Of a stretch of 39,495 bases of DNA, positions 24,986-36,989 are shown piece by piece. Below the pieces are notes generated by a model that was given only the letters and a program-made list of their open reading frames with translations, searched no databases and had not been told where the DNA came from. Source of the DNA: Octopus sinensis (Eukaryota); the NCBI RefSeq assembly GCF_006345805.1, contig NW_021835534.1:1-39495 (forward strand), read 5' to 3'. Position numbers and translations under genes: made by a program. Every line of letters starts with the position of its first letter. Position 1 is the first letter of the stretch.

Positions 24986-25420
24986 TTCAATGATTGGATC
25001 GATCTTGTCCAATGTTAACGCTCGTTATGTCTAAAGGAGATAAGGATGCGAGTCCAACGGGCAGTCTTCAGCTTTTTCGAGTTTTACTATCCAAACAAAG
25101 GTTTGTTAACCCATTATTTACTTGCTATTCTTTACAACTATGTGATGCACTTCGAGAAGCATTATTCTAAAATGGATACAGGAATTCAAAGGATTGCTTT
25201 GGTCCAATGACAAAACTCCAGTCGGTTTCTACAAGAGAATTTGTGTTCGAGTCCCACGAGCAGCTTTCGAGTTTTCCTATTCTAAGAAGGGTTTTTTCGC
25301 CCTAATATTTACATGCTATTCTTTATAGCATGTAAATGCACTTCGACGAATATTATTTGAATGAAAAAGTTATTTCACGTTCTCTCGAAAGTTTATTACA
25401 TATTATATATATATATATAT

Positions 25421-25482
<62 letters not shown>

Positions 25483-25508
25483 TTTTTGTGTTGTGTGTGT
25501 TGTAGTAG

Positions 25509-25848
25509 AATAGTCCGTTACAGAATATAAATGATATCAGGAGTTAAACGGGTAGAGTTTAACACCTGTTTCTGGGGCTTGTTGGTCCGGAATAATTATA
25601 GTTGCTTGGAGCCATTATTGGATAACACCGTCTCCTTCTTCAGGGAGAATTTTACATTGGCGAATTTTACAACACGTCAGATGTAAAATTCTCCAGTGTA
25701 CAACTCTCCCTTGAAGACGGGGGTGGTGTTATTCGATAATGGATCGAAGTAACTATCATTATTCCGGACCACCAGAAACCGGTTTGGACTCGTAAAACTC
25801 TACCTATTCAACTCCTGATGTCATTAATGTTCTATAAGTCAGACTATT
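25509..25848. repeat. Imperfect 340-bp foldback (MITE-like or inverted pseudo-LTR pair)
   Basis: Arms match in reverse complement, e.g. TGATATCAGGAGTTAAACGGGTAGAGTTT vs AAACTCTACCTATTCAACTCCTGATGTCA, and GGTCCGGAATAAT vs ATTATTCCGGACC. Inner stem GGAGAATTTTACAT / ATGTAAAATTCTCC. Confidence 0.85.
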
Positions 25849-26029
25849 TTATATCCATACACATGTACATTTTCTTTCTATTAAATGTATTTAATATTCT
25901 GTGTGAATTGATTTGCCTAACTTGCTTGTCATTGCATTTACTCATCTACCGGGCTCAAGTTGAAATCTCTTGAGCACCTCGAAGTATATTCTATATAGAG
26001 AACATATGTCTAACTTATAAACTATAATA

Positions 26030-26134
<105 letters not shown>

Positions 26135-26899
26135 GCATACACAGAAATAGCTCGCGCACACATAATTTTGATCACAAGTCTAAATACTACGATAAATGTG
26201 GAGTTGTACCCAAATAGATAATGCCGATGAATCCCGCAATATGCACTTCATAATATAATAAGATAGCTAAGAAAATTAAAGATAGCTAAGAAAATTAAAA
26301 AGAAAAGCTACAAATATCAATGCTTCGCTGCTTTATAATAGTGACATGATACCTTCGCTTCAAATACAGCATCGATATTCTTAGTTATGTACTCGTTGCT
26401 GTTGAGTTGTATGTGTTCACACCTTCAGTATCTTCTCTTTTAAATCAGATTTTTGTACATTATTACATACTGCAATTTTCTATCAGATGTATATTCCCAC
26501 ATACTTTGCATAGTTTTTAAGTCAGAAGCCTGTTTAATCAATTGTGCTGTATCATTCACTCTACGTCAATTTTATTAAAGTACAGGTGACTCGAACTAAC
26601 GGAATCGAGTGCATTTTTTATGATGCTACGTATTGTATGGCACCGCTATATGTAAAGGGGGAACGCAAAACAAAGACGATATTTTATAATTTGTGTATGA
26701 AATCTACTTGAAGATTTATATTCACTCGTCTTTTGAATACAAGACAATACTTAATGAACGTCTCAAAAGAAGAATATCTTAGCTTGGCTAATTTCATACT
26801 CATTTCAACTACAAATATTCAAGCCTCCGTTTTTTTTTATCTTAAAGACAATTCTATAAATTTATATACACCACTAGCACATGCACCAGTAATTTTAAG

Positions 26900-27195
26900 T
26901 CTCATATTCTATCAGTTTCTTTTGCCAAACAGCTGTATGTTACGAGGATGTAAACAAACCAACATAGTTTGTCAGTCGCGAGACTACAAACAGAAGTACG
27001 AAGGTATGCAGACCCATACACACAAACACACACAGACGTATATCATTCGACGGGCTTCCATACAGTTTGCGTTGACGAAATTCACTCAAAATGCATTGGT
27101 CAACCCGGAGCTATAGCAGAAGACAATTTTCCTTAGTTGCCGCGCAGTAAGACTGAACCTGAAAGTTCTAAAGTGAGCTTCTTAACCACACACCT
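26900..27195 (-). mobile_element. SINE family B, diverged copy
   Basis: GGATGTAAACAAACCAACA...CGACGGGCTTCCATACAGTTT...GCTATAGCAGAAGACA...GCCGCGCAGTAAGACTGAACC...CTTCTTAACCACAC. Confidence 0.65.
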
Positions 27196-27445
27196 ATTCA
27201 TTAAATTTGTTAATTGCAAATATTCTATAGATAAATAGTTCATGTTTCATATATATTGGCGATTTTTTTCCTCTGTCTTCCCTCCTGGTCTTTCCTCTCC
27301 TATGTTTCTGACGAAGAGCTCCGCTCGAAACGTTAAGCCGTCCTTCTTTCCTTCTTTCCCGAGCGTCCAATAATACTATATTTGTTCCACGTCCTCGCGA
27401 TGTTGTGTTTTGTTGTGCTTTCATGTTTGGATTAACTTTATATAA
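27196..27445 (+). mobile_element. Solo PLE pseudo-LTR-like module carrying a hammerhead
   Basis: Pyrimidine-rich leader, hammerhead at 27304-27338, T-rich trailer running into (TA)(TG)n. Boundaries approximate. Confidence 0.5.
27304..27338 (+). ncRNA. Minimal type I hammerhead ribozyme motif (35 nt)
   Basis: GUUU-CUGACGA-A-GAGC-ucc-GCUC-GAAA-C-GUU-AAGC. Stem I GUUU/AAGC (one G-U), stem II GAGC/GCUC, palindromic AACGUU stem III. Confidence 0.75.
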
Positions 27446-27506
27446 TATATATATATATGTGTGTGTGTGTGTGTTGTGTGTATGTGTGTGTGTGTGTGTA
27501 TGCATA

Positions 27507-28698
27507 CAGGGGTTAGAAAAAATAATGGACAAATTTACCATCATAGCATCATAATTTTGAAATTTCTATAAAACCGTCTTAAGCTTTTTGTTCTTTTTAT
27601 TTATTATTTGTGTTGCTGAATATGTTTTGCTAAAATTGCTGTTTCTTTTCAGATATCATCAGAAAAAGGTAATTAAAATTCATTAACATGACAGATCTGT
27701 CGGACTTTCAAAGAGGTCAAATAGTTGGTGCTCGAATGGCAGGAGCTAGCGTAACGAAAACAACCAAAATGTTTGGTGCATCAAGAAGTACTGTCTCGAA
27801 AGTAATGACAACCTTTGAGAAAGAGGGAAAAACCTCCGCGTCGAAACAAAACTCCGGAAGAAAACCAGAACTTTCAGATAAGGAGCATTGGACTCTTACG
27901 CGAATTGTTAGAAAGGATCACAAAATAAAGCTCCCAAAATTACTGCAGAGCTTAAGACCACCTTGAGAATCCAGTTTCAACAAAAAACTGTTCGCCGCAA
28001 TTTCACGGGAGGGCTGCAATAAAAAAACCGCTACTTACAAAAAAAAACGTTGCAAAACGTTTAGAGTGGAGTAAAAACTTACAGAATTGGTCCCTAGGGC
28101 AGTGGAAAAATGTTATTTTCTCGGTCAAACCGCCCTTTACCTTATTTCCGACCACCGGCCGAGTATACGTGTTGAGACAGCCAAAAGAAGCTTTTGACCC
28201 AGACTGCCTTCTTCCAACTGTTAAACATGGATGAGAATCTGGGAGGATCGGGGTGGGGTGGGGGTGGAGGGGGCTATATCTTGGAGATCCGCCGGCCCAA
28301 TGGTTTCCCTTCACGGTAGAATTAATAGTCAATACTATTTAAGCATTTTATCTGATCAAATTCATCTTAAGGATGCGGAACTGTTTCCGGAGGGAAACGC
28401 GATCTTTCAGGATGATAATGGACAAATTCACACAGCTCAAGGTGTTATTGAATGGCACGAGGAACATTCTAGTTTAGCTGAACATTTTATCTGGCCATCA
28501 CAGTCCCCAAATCTCAATATTATTGAACATTTATGGTGCATTTTATAAAAACAAGTAAGGTGTCAATATCTTCCACCATCATCACTACAAGAACTGGAGA
28601 CTATTTTAGCTGAAGAATGGACAAAAATCTTTTGGAAACAATTCAAACTTTGTACGAATTCATACCTTTAGGGTGTTTCCATATTTTGTCCACCCCTG
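27507..28698 (+). mobile_element. Tc1-family DNA transposon, defective
   Basis: TA at 27505-27506 and 28699-28700 (target duplication). Imperfect TIRs CAGGGGTTAGAAAAAATAATGGACA / CAGGGGTGGACAAAATATGGAAAC. Transposase remnant inside. Confidence 0.92.
27688..28667 (+). pseudogene. Tc1 DD34E transposase pseudogene
   Basis: N-terminal paired-like HTH MTDLSDFQRGQIVGARMAGASVTKT...SGRKP, then frameshifts. KRLEWSKN..NW, GAISW..GP, FQDDN..IH and WPSQSPNLNIIEHLW follow. Multiple stops and frameshifts; C-terminus truncated. Confidence 0.92.
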
Positions 28699-28738
28699 TA
28701 TATGTATGTATACACACACACACAAAAAAAAAAGAAAT

Positions 28739-28774
<36 letters not shown>

Positions 28775-28779
28775 TTACA

Positions 28780-28930
28780 ACAGACTTCCACACAGTTTCT
28801 CTCTATTACCAAATTCGCTGATCGACCGAAGGCCAGGGTAGAGGTCAGTTACTCAAGGTGCTGTGCAGTGGGGGAAGGGGGCTCAAAAACACGTGGTTGT
28901 AGAGTGGCTTTACGCGAACAGCTGAGGCAA
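28780..28930 (-). mobile_element. SINE family B 5' half, strongly diverged
   Basis: ACTTCCACACAGTTTC...CCAAATTC...GATCGACCGAAGG...CTCAAGGTGCTGTGCAGTGGG...CACGTGGTTG. Confidence 0.5.
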
Positions 28931-29185
28931 CACCTCCATGACCACGATTTAGCTAGGTGGCCATTTTAACTTACCAAAATAGCAGTTAACTTTCCCTCAT
29001 GTCATACCTTATTCCTCTACAGAAAAATAAAGGAATGTCAATATTTGATAATGCAATATTAGATACAAAGAAATAGAATGGTAACAAGGAGATACTTTCG
29101 CCGTCATTTGATCTGCGAAAATAGGAGCTGAATCTTTATCAGGCAAAACACGCCCGTCTTATATAAATATAGCCCTTAACAGATT

Positions 29186-30885
29186 GTACCGATATTGAAC
29201 ACATATGCTTATGGCTCAAATGGCTTGACCATAGAATTGATCAATGAAAGTTAGCCGTACCGATATTGAACACATATGCTTATGGCTCAAATGGCTTGAC
29301 CATAGAATTGATCAATGAGAGTTAGCCGTACCGATATTGAACACATATGCTTATGGCTCAAATGGCTTGACTATAGAATTGATCAATGAGAGTTAGCCGT
29401 ACCGATATTGAACACATATGCTTATGGCTCAAATGGCTTGACCATAGAATTGATCAATGAGAGCTAGCCGTACCGATATTGAACACATATGCTTATGGTT
29501 CAAATGGCTTGACCATAGAATTGATCAATGAGAGTTAGCCGTACCGATATTGAACACATGCTTATGGCTCAAATGGCTTGACCATAGAATTGTTCAATGA
29601 GAGTTAGCCGTACCGATATTGAACACATATGCTTATGGCTCAAATGGCTTGACCATAGAATTGATCAATGAGAGTTAGCCGTACCGATATTGAACACATA
29701 TGCTTATGGCTCAAATGACTTGACCATAGAATTGATCAATGAGAGTTAGCCGTACCGATATTGAACACATATGCTTCTGGCTCAAATGGCTTGACCATAG
29801 AATTGATCAATGAGAGTTAGCCGTACCGATATTGAACACATATGCTTATGGCTCAAATGGCTTGACCATAGAATTGATGAATGAGAGTTAGCCGTACCGA
29901 TATTGAACACATATGCTTATGGCTCAAATAGCTTGACCATAGAATTGATCAATGAGAGCTAGCCGTACCGATATTGAACACATATGCTTATGGTTCAAAT
30001 GGCTTGACCATAGAATTGTTCAATGAGAGTTAGCCGTACCGATATTGAACACATGCTTATGGCTCAAATGGCTTGACCATAGAATTGTTCAATGAGAGTT
30101 AGCCGTACCGATATTGAACACATATGCTTATGGCTCAAATGGCTTGACCATAGAATTGATCAATGAGAGTTAGCCGTACCGATATTGAACACATATGCTT
30201 ATGGCTCAAATGGCTTGACCATAGAATTGATCAATGAGAGCTAGCCGTACCGATATTGAACACATATGCTTATGGCTCAAATGGCTTGACCATAGAATTG
30301 ATCAATGAGAGTTAGCCGTACCGATATTGAACACATATGATTATGGCTCAAATGGCTTGACCATAGAATTGATCAATGACAGTTAGCCGTACCGATATTG
30401 AATACATATGCTTATGGCTCAAATGACTTGACCATAGAATTGATCAATGAGAGTTAGCCGTACCGATATTGAACACATATGCTTATGGCTCTAATGGCTT
30501 GACCATAGAATTGATCAATGAGAGTTAGCCGTACCGATATTGAACACATATGCTTATGGCTCAAATGGCTTGACCATAGAATTGATCAATGAGAGTTAGC
30601 CGTACCGATATTGAACACATATGCTTATGGCTCAAATGGCTTGACCATAGAATTGTTCAATGAGAGTTAGCCGTACCGATATTGAACACATATGCTTATG
30701 GCTCTAATGGCTTGACCATAGAATTGATCAATGAGAGTTAGCCGTACCGATATTGAACACATATGCTTATGGCTCAAATGGCTTGACCATAGAATTGATC
30801 AATGAGAGTTAGCCGTACCGATATTGAACACATATGCTTATGGCTGAAATGGCTTGACCATAGAATTGTTCAATGAGAGTTAGCC
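29186..30885. repeat. Minisatellite, 24 copies of a 71-bp unit
   Basis: Unit GTACCGATATTGAACACATATGCTTATGGCTCAAATGGCTTGACCATAGAATTGATCAATGAGAGTTAGCC. Array length 1700 = 24x71 minus two 2-bp deletions (units 6 and 13). No spacers. Confidence 0.97.
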
Positions 30886-31427
30886 ATATTGGGTAGAATA
30901 AGAGTAATAGGAAAAACAAGAGCAATAAGAATAACAAGACAAGAACAGCGCGATAACATCAACAACATTACAACAACATCTGTATTTTGACACGATTGAT
31001 ACCATAAAATGGTCCAATGAACTGTAATATGACCAACCACATAATGGCAGCATCAATCTCAACAACAATAATGCAATAAAAAAAGCAGCCACTTGTAACA
31101 CTTTCAGCATAAAAAACAATCACATCAAATTCAAGAGTAACAACACTACCAGCGCCGCCCACAGCACCAACCCCAGCTCCAACAACGCAAGCAAAAACAC
31201 CAGCCCCAGCCCCGACAACAAAAGCAACAACACCTACACAATCGTCAGCACCATCAACAAAAAGACCAATACTACTAAATTTATCACAGAACATTTGATT
31301 CCTTAAATTACCTAAAACAACTTTATCAAAACCTACCGCCCACCAGTTCACACTCTCGTCGATGGGAGAGAAAGAGAAAGAAAGAAAGAATAAATGAGAG
31401 AATCTTCGAGTGAGAGAGAGAAAGAGA

Positions 31428-31460
<33 letters not shown>

Positions 31461-32550
31461 GTTGGGCTTAGAGAGAGGTACTATGAAAGAAAGTAGGAGA
31501 GAAACAGACATGATTTACTGAAAGAATAACCACAGAGTGTTAGAGAAATAATCTAAATATATAATTTCCAGATTAAATTCTCTTTTTAATTTCCTGTCGA
31601 AAATTTATTATAATCTGTTACTTTATCTCTTTCTTTCCTTCTTCCTTTCTTTCCTTCTTCCTTTCTTTCTTTCTTTATTATTTCCTTCCTTCCTTCCTTT
31701 CTTTCTTTCTGTCTTTCTTTCTTTCTTTACTTCTTTCTTTCTTTCTTTCGTTCTTCCCTTCCATATTTCTTTCATTCTTACCGTTTTATTTCATTTTATT
31801 ATATGTTTATTTTATTTTATTTTATCATTTTTGTTTTTCCAGACACTTGTATCTTCTGTTGAAAGCAATTTTGAAAGACCACGATATCTTATCACTTGAG
31901 CCTGACCTGAAAATCGAGAACTTCACAAGCTGTCGTCAACGCCACGTACAAAAAAGATATAATGTATTAAATCAGACATGACCTGTGGGCAGTTGAGTCA
32001 AGTTTTAATACGGTTCTCTGTACATTGTGCCAGTAAGTGGTCACATGTGGTGGTTAGTATATATCACATACGACTATGAAAGCTACTTCGTAGAAAAGCG
32101 ATTAGTTTACAACAACTCTTGCTGTCAGGATTTGTTAGTCTTGTAGTTTCACTTTCACTTTTGATGAACAGGAATTATATATTGTATCTTGCTCTGTCTG
32201 TAGCGTTTCCGTCTATCGCTCCGGGGATCGAGTGTTCTTATCTCGTTACTGTTGATAATAAAGGTTGAGTCCTTAGGCTGTGTTAAGCTTAACTCTTGTT
32301 CGCTCAGATTGATTGGCTAGTGTAATAGACGGGTTCTGTATGGTGTCACACAACTAATCAATTGAACATAACGCATAATTATATAAGGTTTAGAATTTTA
32401 ACATCGCTGTATTGAAAAATCTTCTGATCAGTGCATTCAGTTAAAAGAAGAAGAAGCGAAGAGAAAAAAACTGATATAAGAGATGTAGGTCGGTAGAAAG
32501 AGAGAAAGAAGGAGTGAAGAAGTAGAAAATCTGATAATATTCCCTTAACA

Positions 32551-32595
<45 letters not shown>

Positions 32596-33180
32596 TATAT
32601 GTATATATACATACTCAGTTTATAACTCATATAATGTACATGAGTAAATAATAAAAGAAGAACAGTAAGAATATATATAAACATATATTATATATGAATA
32701 TATATATAGACAGATATATTGATATAGACGCATGCGTATGCACACACACACACAACACACGCACACAAACACACACACATATATGCATACGTATGTGTGG
32801 GTATGTATATGATAAGCAAAGAAAGATTGAAAGAGAATGAGATCATGAGATAACAGATGTAATAATTTCTAATTGTAATCGTAAAAATTGGGGAAATTTG
32901 TCTTCTGAGAACATCTATTGTACAAACTATATTTTACCCTCAACACGAAAAAATAATAATATGCGAAGTGACCTCATCACCAGTGAATAGAAGTGACTGA
33001 TGGTGCTGGAGATCTTTGTTACTATAGTAGCTTGAAGTGCTACGCATTGGTTTCATTTCTAACACATTCCCACTAGACTGAATATTGTGTTTTTTTCTCC
33101 TTTCATGCAACAACATGAGGAAAACGTTGCAAATGTGTAGTTTCATGTGTCTGAAGGAGGAAGAGTTGACTAGAGTTTTA

Positions 33181-33259
<79 letters not shown>

Positions 33260-33582
33260 ATATATATATATATTATATATATATATAATAAATAAATAAA
33301 CATATGCATATATATAAACATATATGTACGTACCTACCTCTACATGTACGTATACACGCATATATGAGTACAGGACACCGAAAAGACGTCGAACACAATG
33401 AGAAACGAAAACATAGACACAACCAAAGGAACTGGACATTTTCTAAACACAAAAAAATAAAGTACAGGACAATTAACAGAAAGAAAAAAACCCTTCTTCA
33501 GTCGCTATGGTTTCATCTACTCTACGTTTCGAAGGTGAAAGCGAGACGTATCTTCGACAAAACTTTCCTTCCTGCGAAAAGC

Positions 33583-33659
<77 letters not shown>

Positions 33660-33902
33660 CACAATTTATAACACATATAACGGACAATGGACATGAGTAA
33701 TAATAAAATAAGAACAGTAAGAAACGATTGAGGAAAAAATATATAGTGCTTACACTCACACTTACACATATGTGTATATATCTATATCTATATCGATATA
33801 TATATAATATATAATATATATATATATATATATATAATATATTATATATATATATATATATATATTATATACATATATATATATATATAATATATATATT
33901 AT

Positions 33903-34205
33903 ATTCTTTTACCTTTTTTAGGCATTTGACTGTCGCCGTGCTGGAGCACCACCTTTTGTTGAAGAAATCGATCCCAGGTCTTATTCTTTGTCTAGTACTT
34001 ATGTTATCGGTCTTATTTGCCGATATTGCTAAGTTATGTGGACGTAAACAGACCAACATCAGTTGTCAAGCGATGGTAGGGGGACAACACAGACACAGAC
34101 ACGCACACATATATACGATGGGCTTCTTTCAGTTTCCCTCTATCGAACCCACTTACAGGGCTTAGGTCGGCCTGAGACTATAGTCGAAGGTGCTACGCAG
34201 TGGCA
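33903..34205 (-). mobile_element. SINE family B copy, head truncated
   Basis: GGCATTTGACTGTCGCCGTGCTGGAGCACCACC...GGACGTAAACAGACCAACATCAGTTGTCAAGCGATGG...GGGCTTCTTTCAGTTTCC...AGGTGCTACGCAGTGG. Confidence 0.75.
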
Positions 34206-34222
34206 TATTTAGCATATATATA

Positions 34223-34265
<43 letters not shown>

Positions 34266-34791
34266 GTATGTATGTGTGTGTGTGTGTATACATACACGCA
34301 CACGCACGCACACAGATCGGTATTACCAAATATAGTATTTGTGTGTGGGTGTGTGCCTCCGTGTATATGTGTGTATATATGAGTATAATGGGTATGTCAT
34401 TACCAGCGTTACACCATGTACACATACAATCCACCCGATTTGTATCTATATAATTTCCATCTACCCAATTTCAGTGAAAAATTTCATGTCCACTCGAATC
34501 ATTAGATTATGGTATTTACCCACAATTTCCCATCATCTGTCCGAACTCAGGATTTCATGATTGCCAATAGACCTCAGTAACCATTCAGCTATACATATTT
34601 AAAGTTATTAATTTCCGGTTCTTTTCATTTCTAATTCAAAACCCGAGAAGTTCAATTTTTGTATTTCATCCTTCCGGTTTCGATACCCTGAAGTACCAAT
34701 CATGTACTATAGCCAATACTTCAGACTTACCGTCTCCCCACAGTATTTTACTGTAGGTAGCAGTGTGGGTGTCATGCAAATTACACCTAAG

Positions 34792-35025
34792 AATAATTGT
34801 CGCCTTAGTGTTCCACATTCTCTTCATCTCACTTGTTAGGTCCTGATATTTTTAAAAAGATGTTCAATTTCTTTCGTATCTATTCTATTATTTTATTTAG
34901 CTTCCCAAAGTCTATGATCTCATATTACCCTTTTTTTTTGCCTTCTTCGATCATACCTAGTCTGCTTTCTTTAATAGTTTACTCAGCTATTATAAAGAAA
35001 TCCAATAAAATTTGTCATTAACTTT
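34792..35025 (-). pseudogene. Decayed restriction-like endonuclease region of an R4/Dong-type non-LTR retrotransposon
   Basis: Minus strand gives KYQDLTSEMKRMWNTKATII (34852-34792), matching the 'EK..KY.DL..E..RMW..K...IP' motif. Frameshifted IIDF and DF..I..RL remnants upstream correspond to 'LWDF...RPD...IID'. Confidence 0.5.
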
Positions 35026-35675
35026 CACCATCACAACCTGTTTCGTATTCACATCACTTTTCCGTCCCTTTGAATTCTTATTTTTATAACTATTCTTGTT
35101 AGGGTTGCTGATAGCCACAGCGGCATTATCATGCTGGACCGAGTACTGTTTCTCTAGATTTCACATTCCATCTCGATGACGCCTAATAATTCATCTTCCA
35201 CGTTTCCTCCAGTACCAAAGTACCAAAATACTGCAAATGCGAGATTTTGTATATCTGACGTGAGCAAATTAATTTTAGATATTTCTTACGCAAGCAGATT
35301 TTTACTGATTTGAAGAATCTAAGTGAACATACTATACGGTGTTGCTAAGATGATATTAATGTTGTCCTACATATCGATCTGAATCGACAAACCCCATGGG
35401 TGAGTCAGCAAAACTTACTGGCATCACGTGCAGTCACACAGGTTCAAAAACACTAAACAACTCATTTTCCTCCGTCGGTGAAGACCAAATAAACTCTCCT
35501 TACTACGTGTGTTAAAGAGCATTTGTTCAAGAAACAAAGACATTCAGTCTTTAAAGGTGTACTAATGTGTTTGACAGAGTTGGATGGTGTAATGGTTTAG
35601 AAAATGATGAGAAATCTGTTTCTGAATATCTAACCGAGCGTTGTCTGCATGTACGTACAAGTATATATATATAAA

Positions 35676-35748
<73 letters not shown>

Positions 35749-35772
35749 GTTATATATTATATTGTATATATA

Positions 35773-35820
<48 letters not shown>

Positions 35821-36989
35821 ATATATATATATGCTGTATGTTTACGTGTGTATGTGTGCGGTTGCATGCAACAGGAAATGTATATATATGAAAAGGGGTA
35901 TTTTTTATCATTCTTTGAAATATTCTTATCAGAAGCAGCTGCTTCATAAGTAAGAAACAAAGGTTCATAATTGGAATTTAGACAACATTATCAGCAAAGA
36001 ATTATATATTGATTCTTAGAAAATTCTTGCATATTTTTACTGTCCGCCTTAGAGATTGCATTTGCTGAATGCCACTTTGAAGGTCTCTTTGACTGAAAAC
36101 TGCAGCTTTTCCCCGACGATAACTTAAAAACTGACAGAACCAACTGTGATTAAATATCTGTGATACAGCGTGTGTCAATAAATGATGCATCTTACCGGGT
36201 TCATTTGTGCAGTATTCGTGTGTAAAATTGTATGTGACGTGGTTTTTTGATTTAGGTAAGTTAATGCTAACATCTTAATGCAAGAACCATTAACAAGTTT
36301 ATAATCAATAATTAAGTACAGAAAAAATTACTTATAATTAGTAAATAATGAATTTCATTTTTCTATTGATTCGGTAAGTAAGACAAAGAAAGCATTGAAG
36401 TGTATCTTTCGCTGATGAGTGCATAATAAGATGTATAATGGTTCGAGATGCCTATCTTACTGCCAAAAACTGAAATTAAGATTAGCCATTAACTGAGAAT
36501 GTTACTAATATTTACCAACTCTGTTCATGTGGATAGTGGATCTAAAATATTTACTCATAATAGATATCACTAAGTCTACTTTTCGTCGAACTCGTCAACT
36601 GGGGTGGATTTAAACGAGTATTTTAATAATTAATCTTATTTTTATGGGACATATTTATGTGAAAACGAAACAATACAATTTCTCACTTCTTGTCAAATAA
36701 AGAGCATACACACACATACATACTTCAATATAATATACATACATGCATATATGTATATGTATGTGTGTGCGGGCATGTAAATATATGTATATTGACATGC
36801 ATATATATGCATATATACTCGTATGGTTATGTACAAGGGTGATGATCAAGGAGTGAGAGTATGCAGAGGCATGAAGAAGTGTTGGGGATTGGTGATTTGC
36901 GGGGCAGTTCATAGAGGTTACTTGGTGACGGTGACCTTGGTGCAGGCGATGTCTTCCCTTGAAGTCATTGACTCTCATGCCCATATAAA

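Noticed and set aside
29186-30885. 71-bp array as a CRISPR array or coding repeat
   Set aside because: Units are contiguous with no unique spacers, there are no cas genes, the context is eukaryotic, and 71 is not a multiple of 3.
30968-31351. 127-aa GAGV-rich ORF and the opposite-strand PAPT mucin-like frame
   Set aside because: Lies in a decayed (AAC)/(ACC) trinucleotide region, with no start or splice context.
33365-33590. Minus-strand TGTC-GAAGA...TTC-GAAAC-GTA as another hammerhead in a (TA)n-flanked module
   Set aside because: The U of CUGA is missing and stems I and II do not pair. It may be a decayed pseudo-LTR but I cannot support it as a ribozyme.
35932-35945. Perfect 14-bp palindrome GAAGCAGCTGCTTC
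   Set aside because: About 40000/4^7, roughly 2, such palindromes are expected by chance in a window this size.
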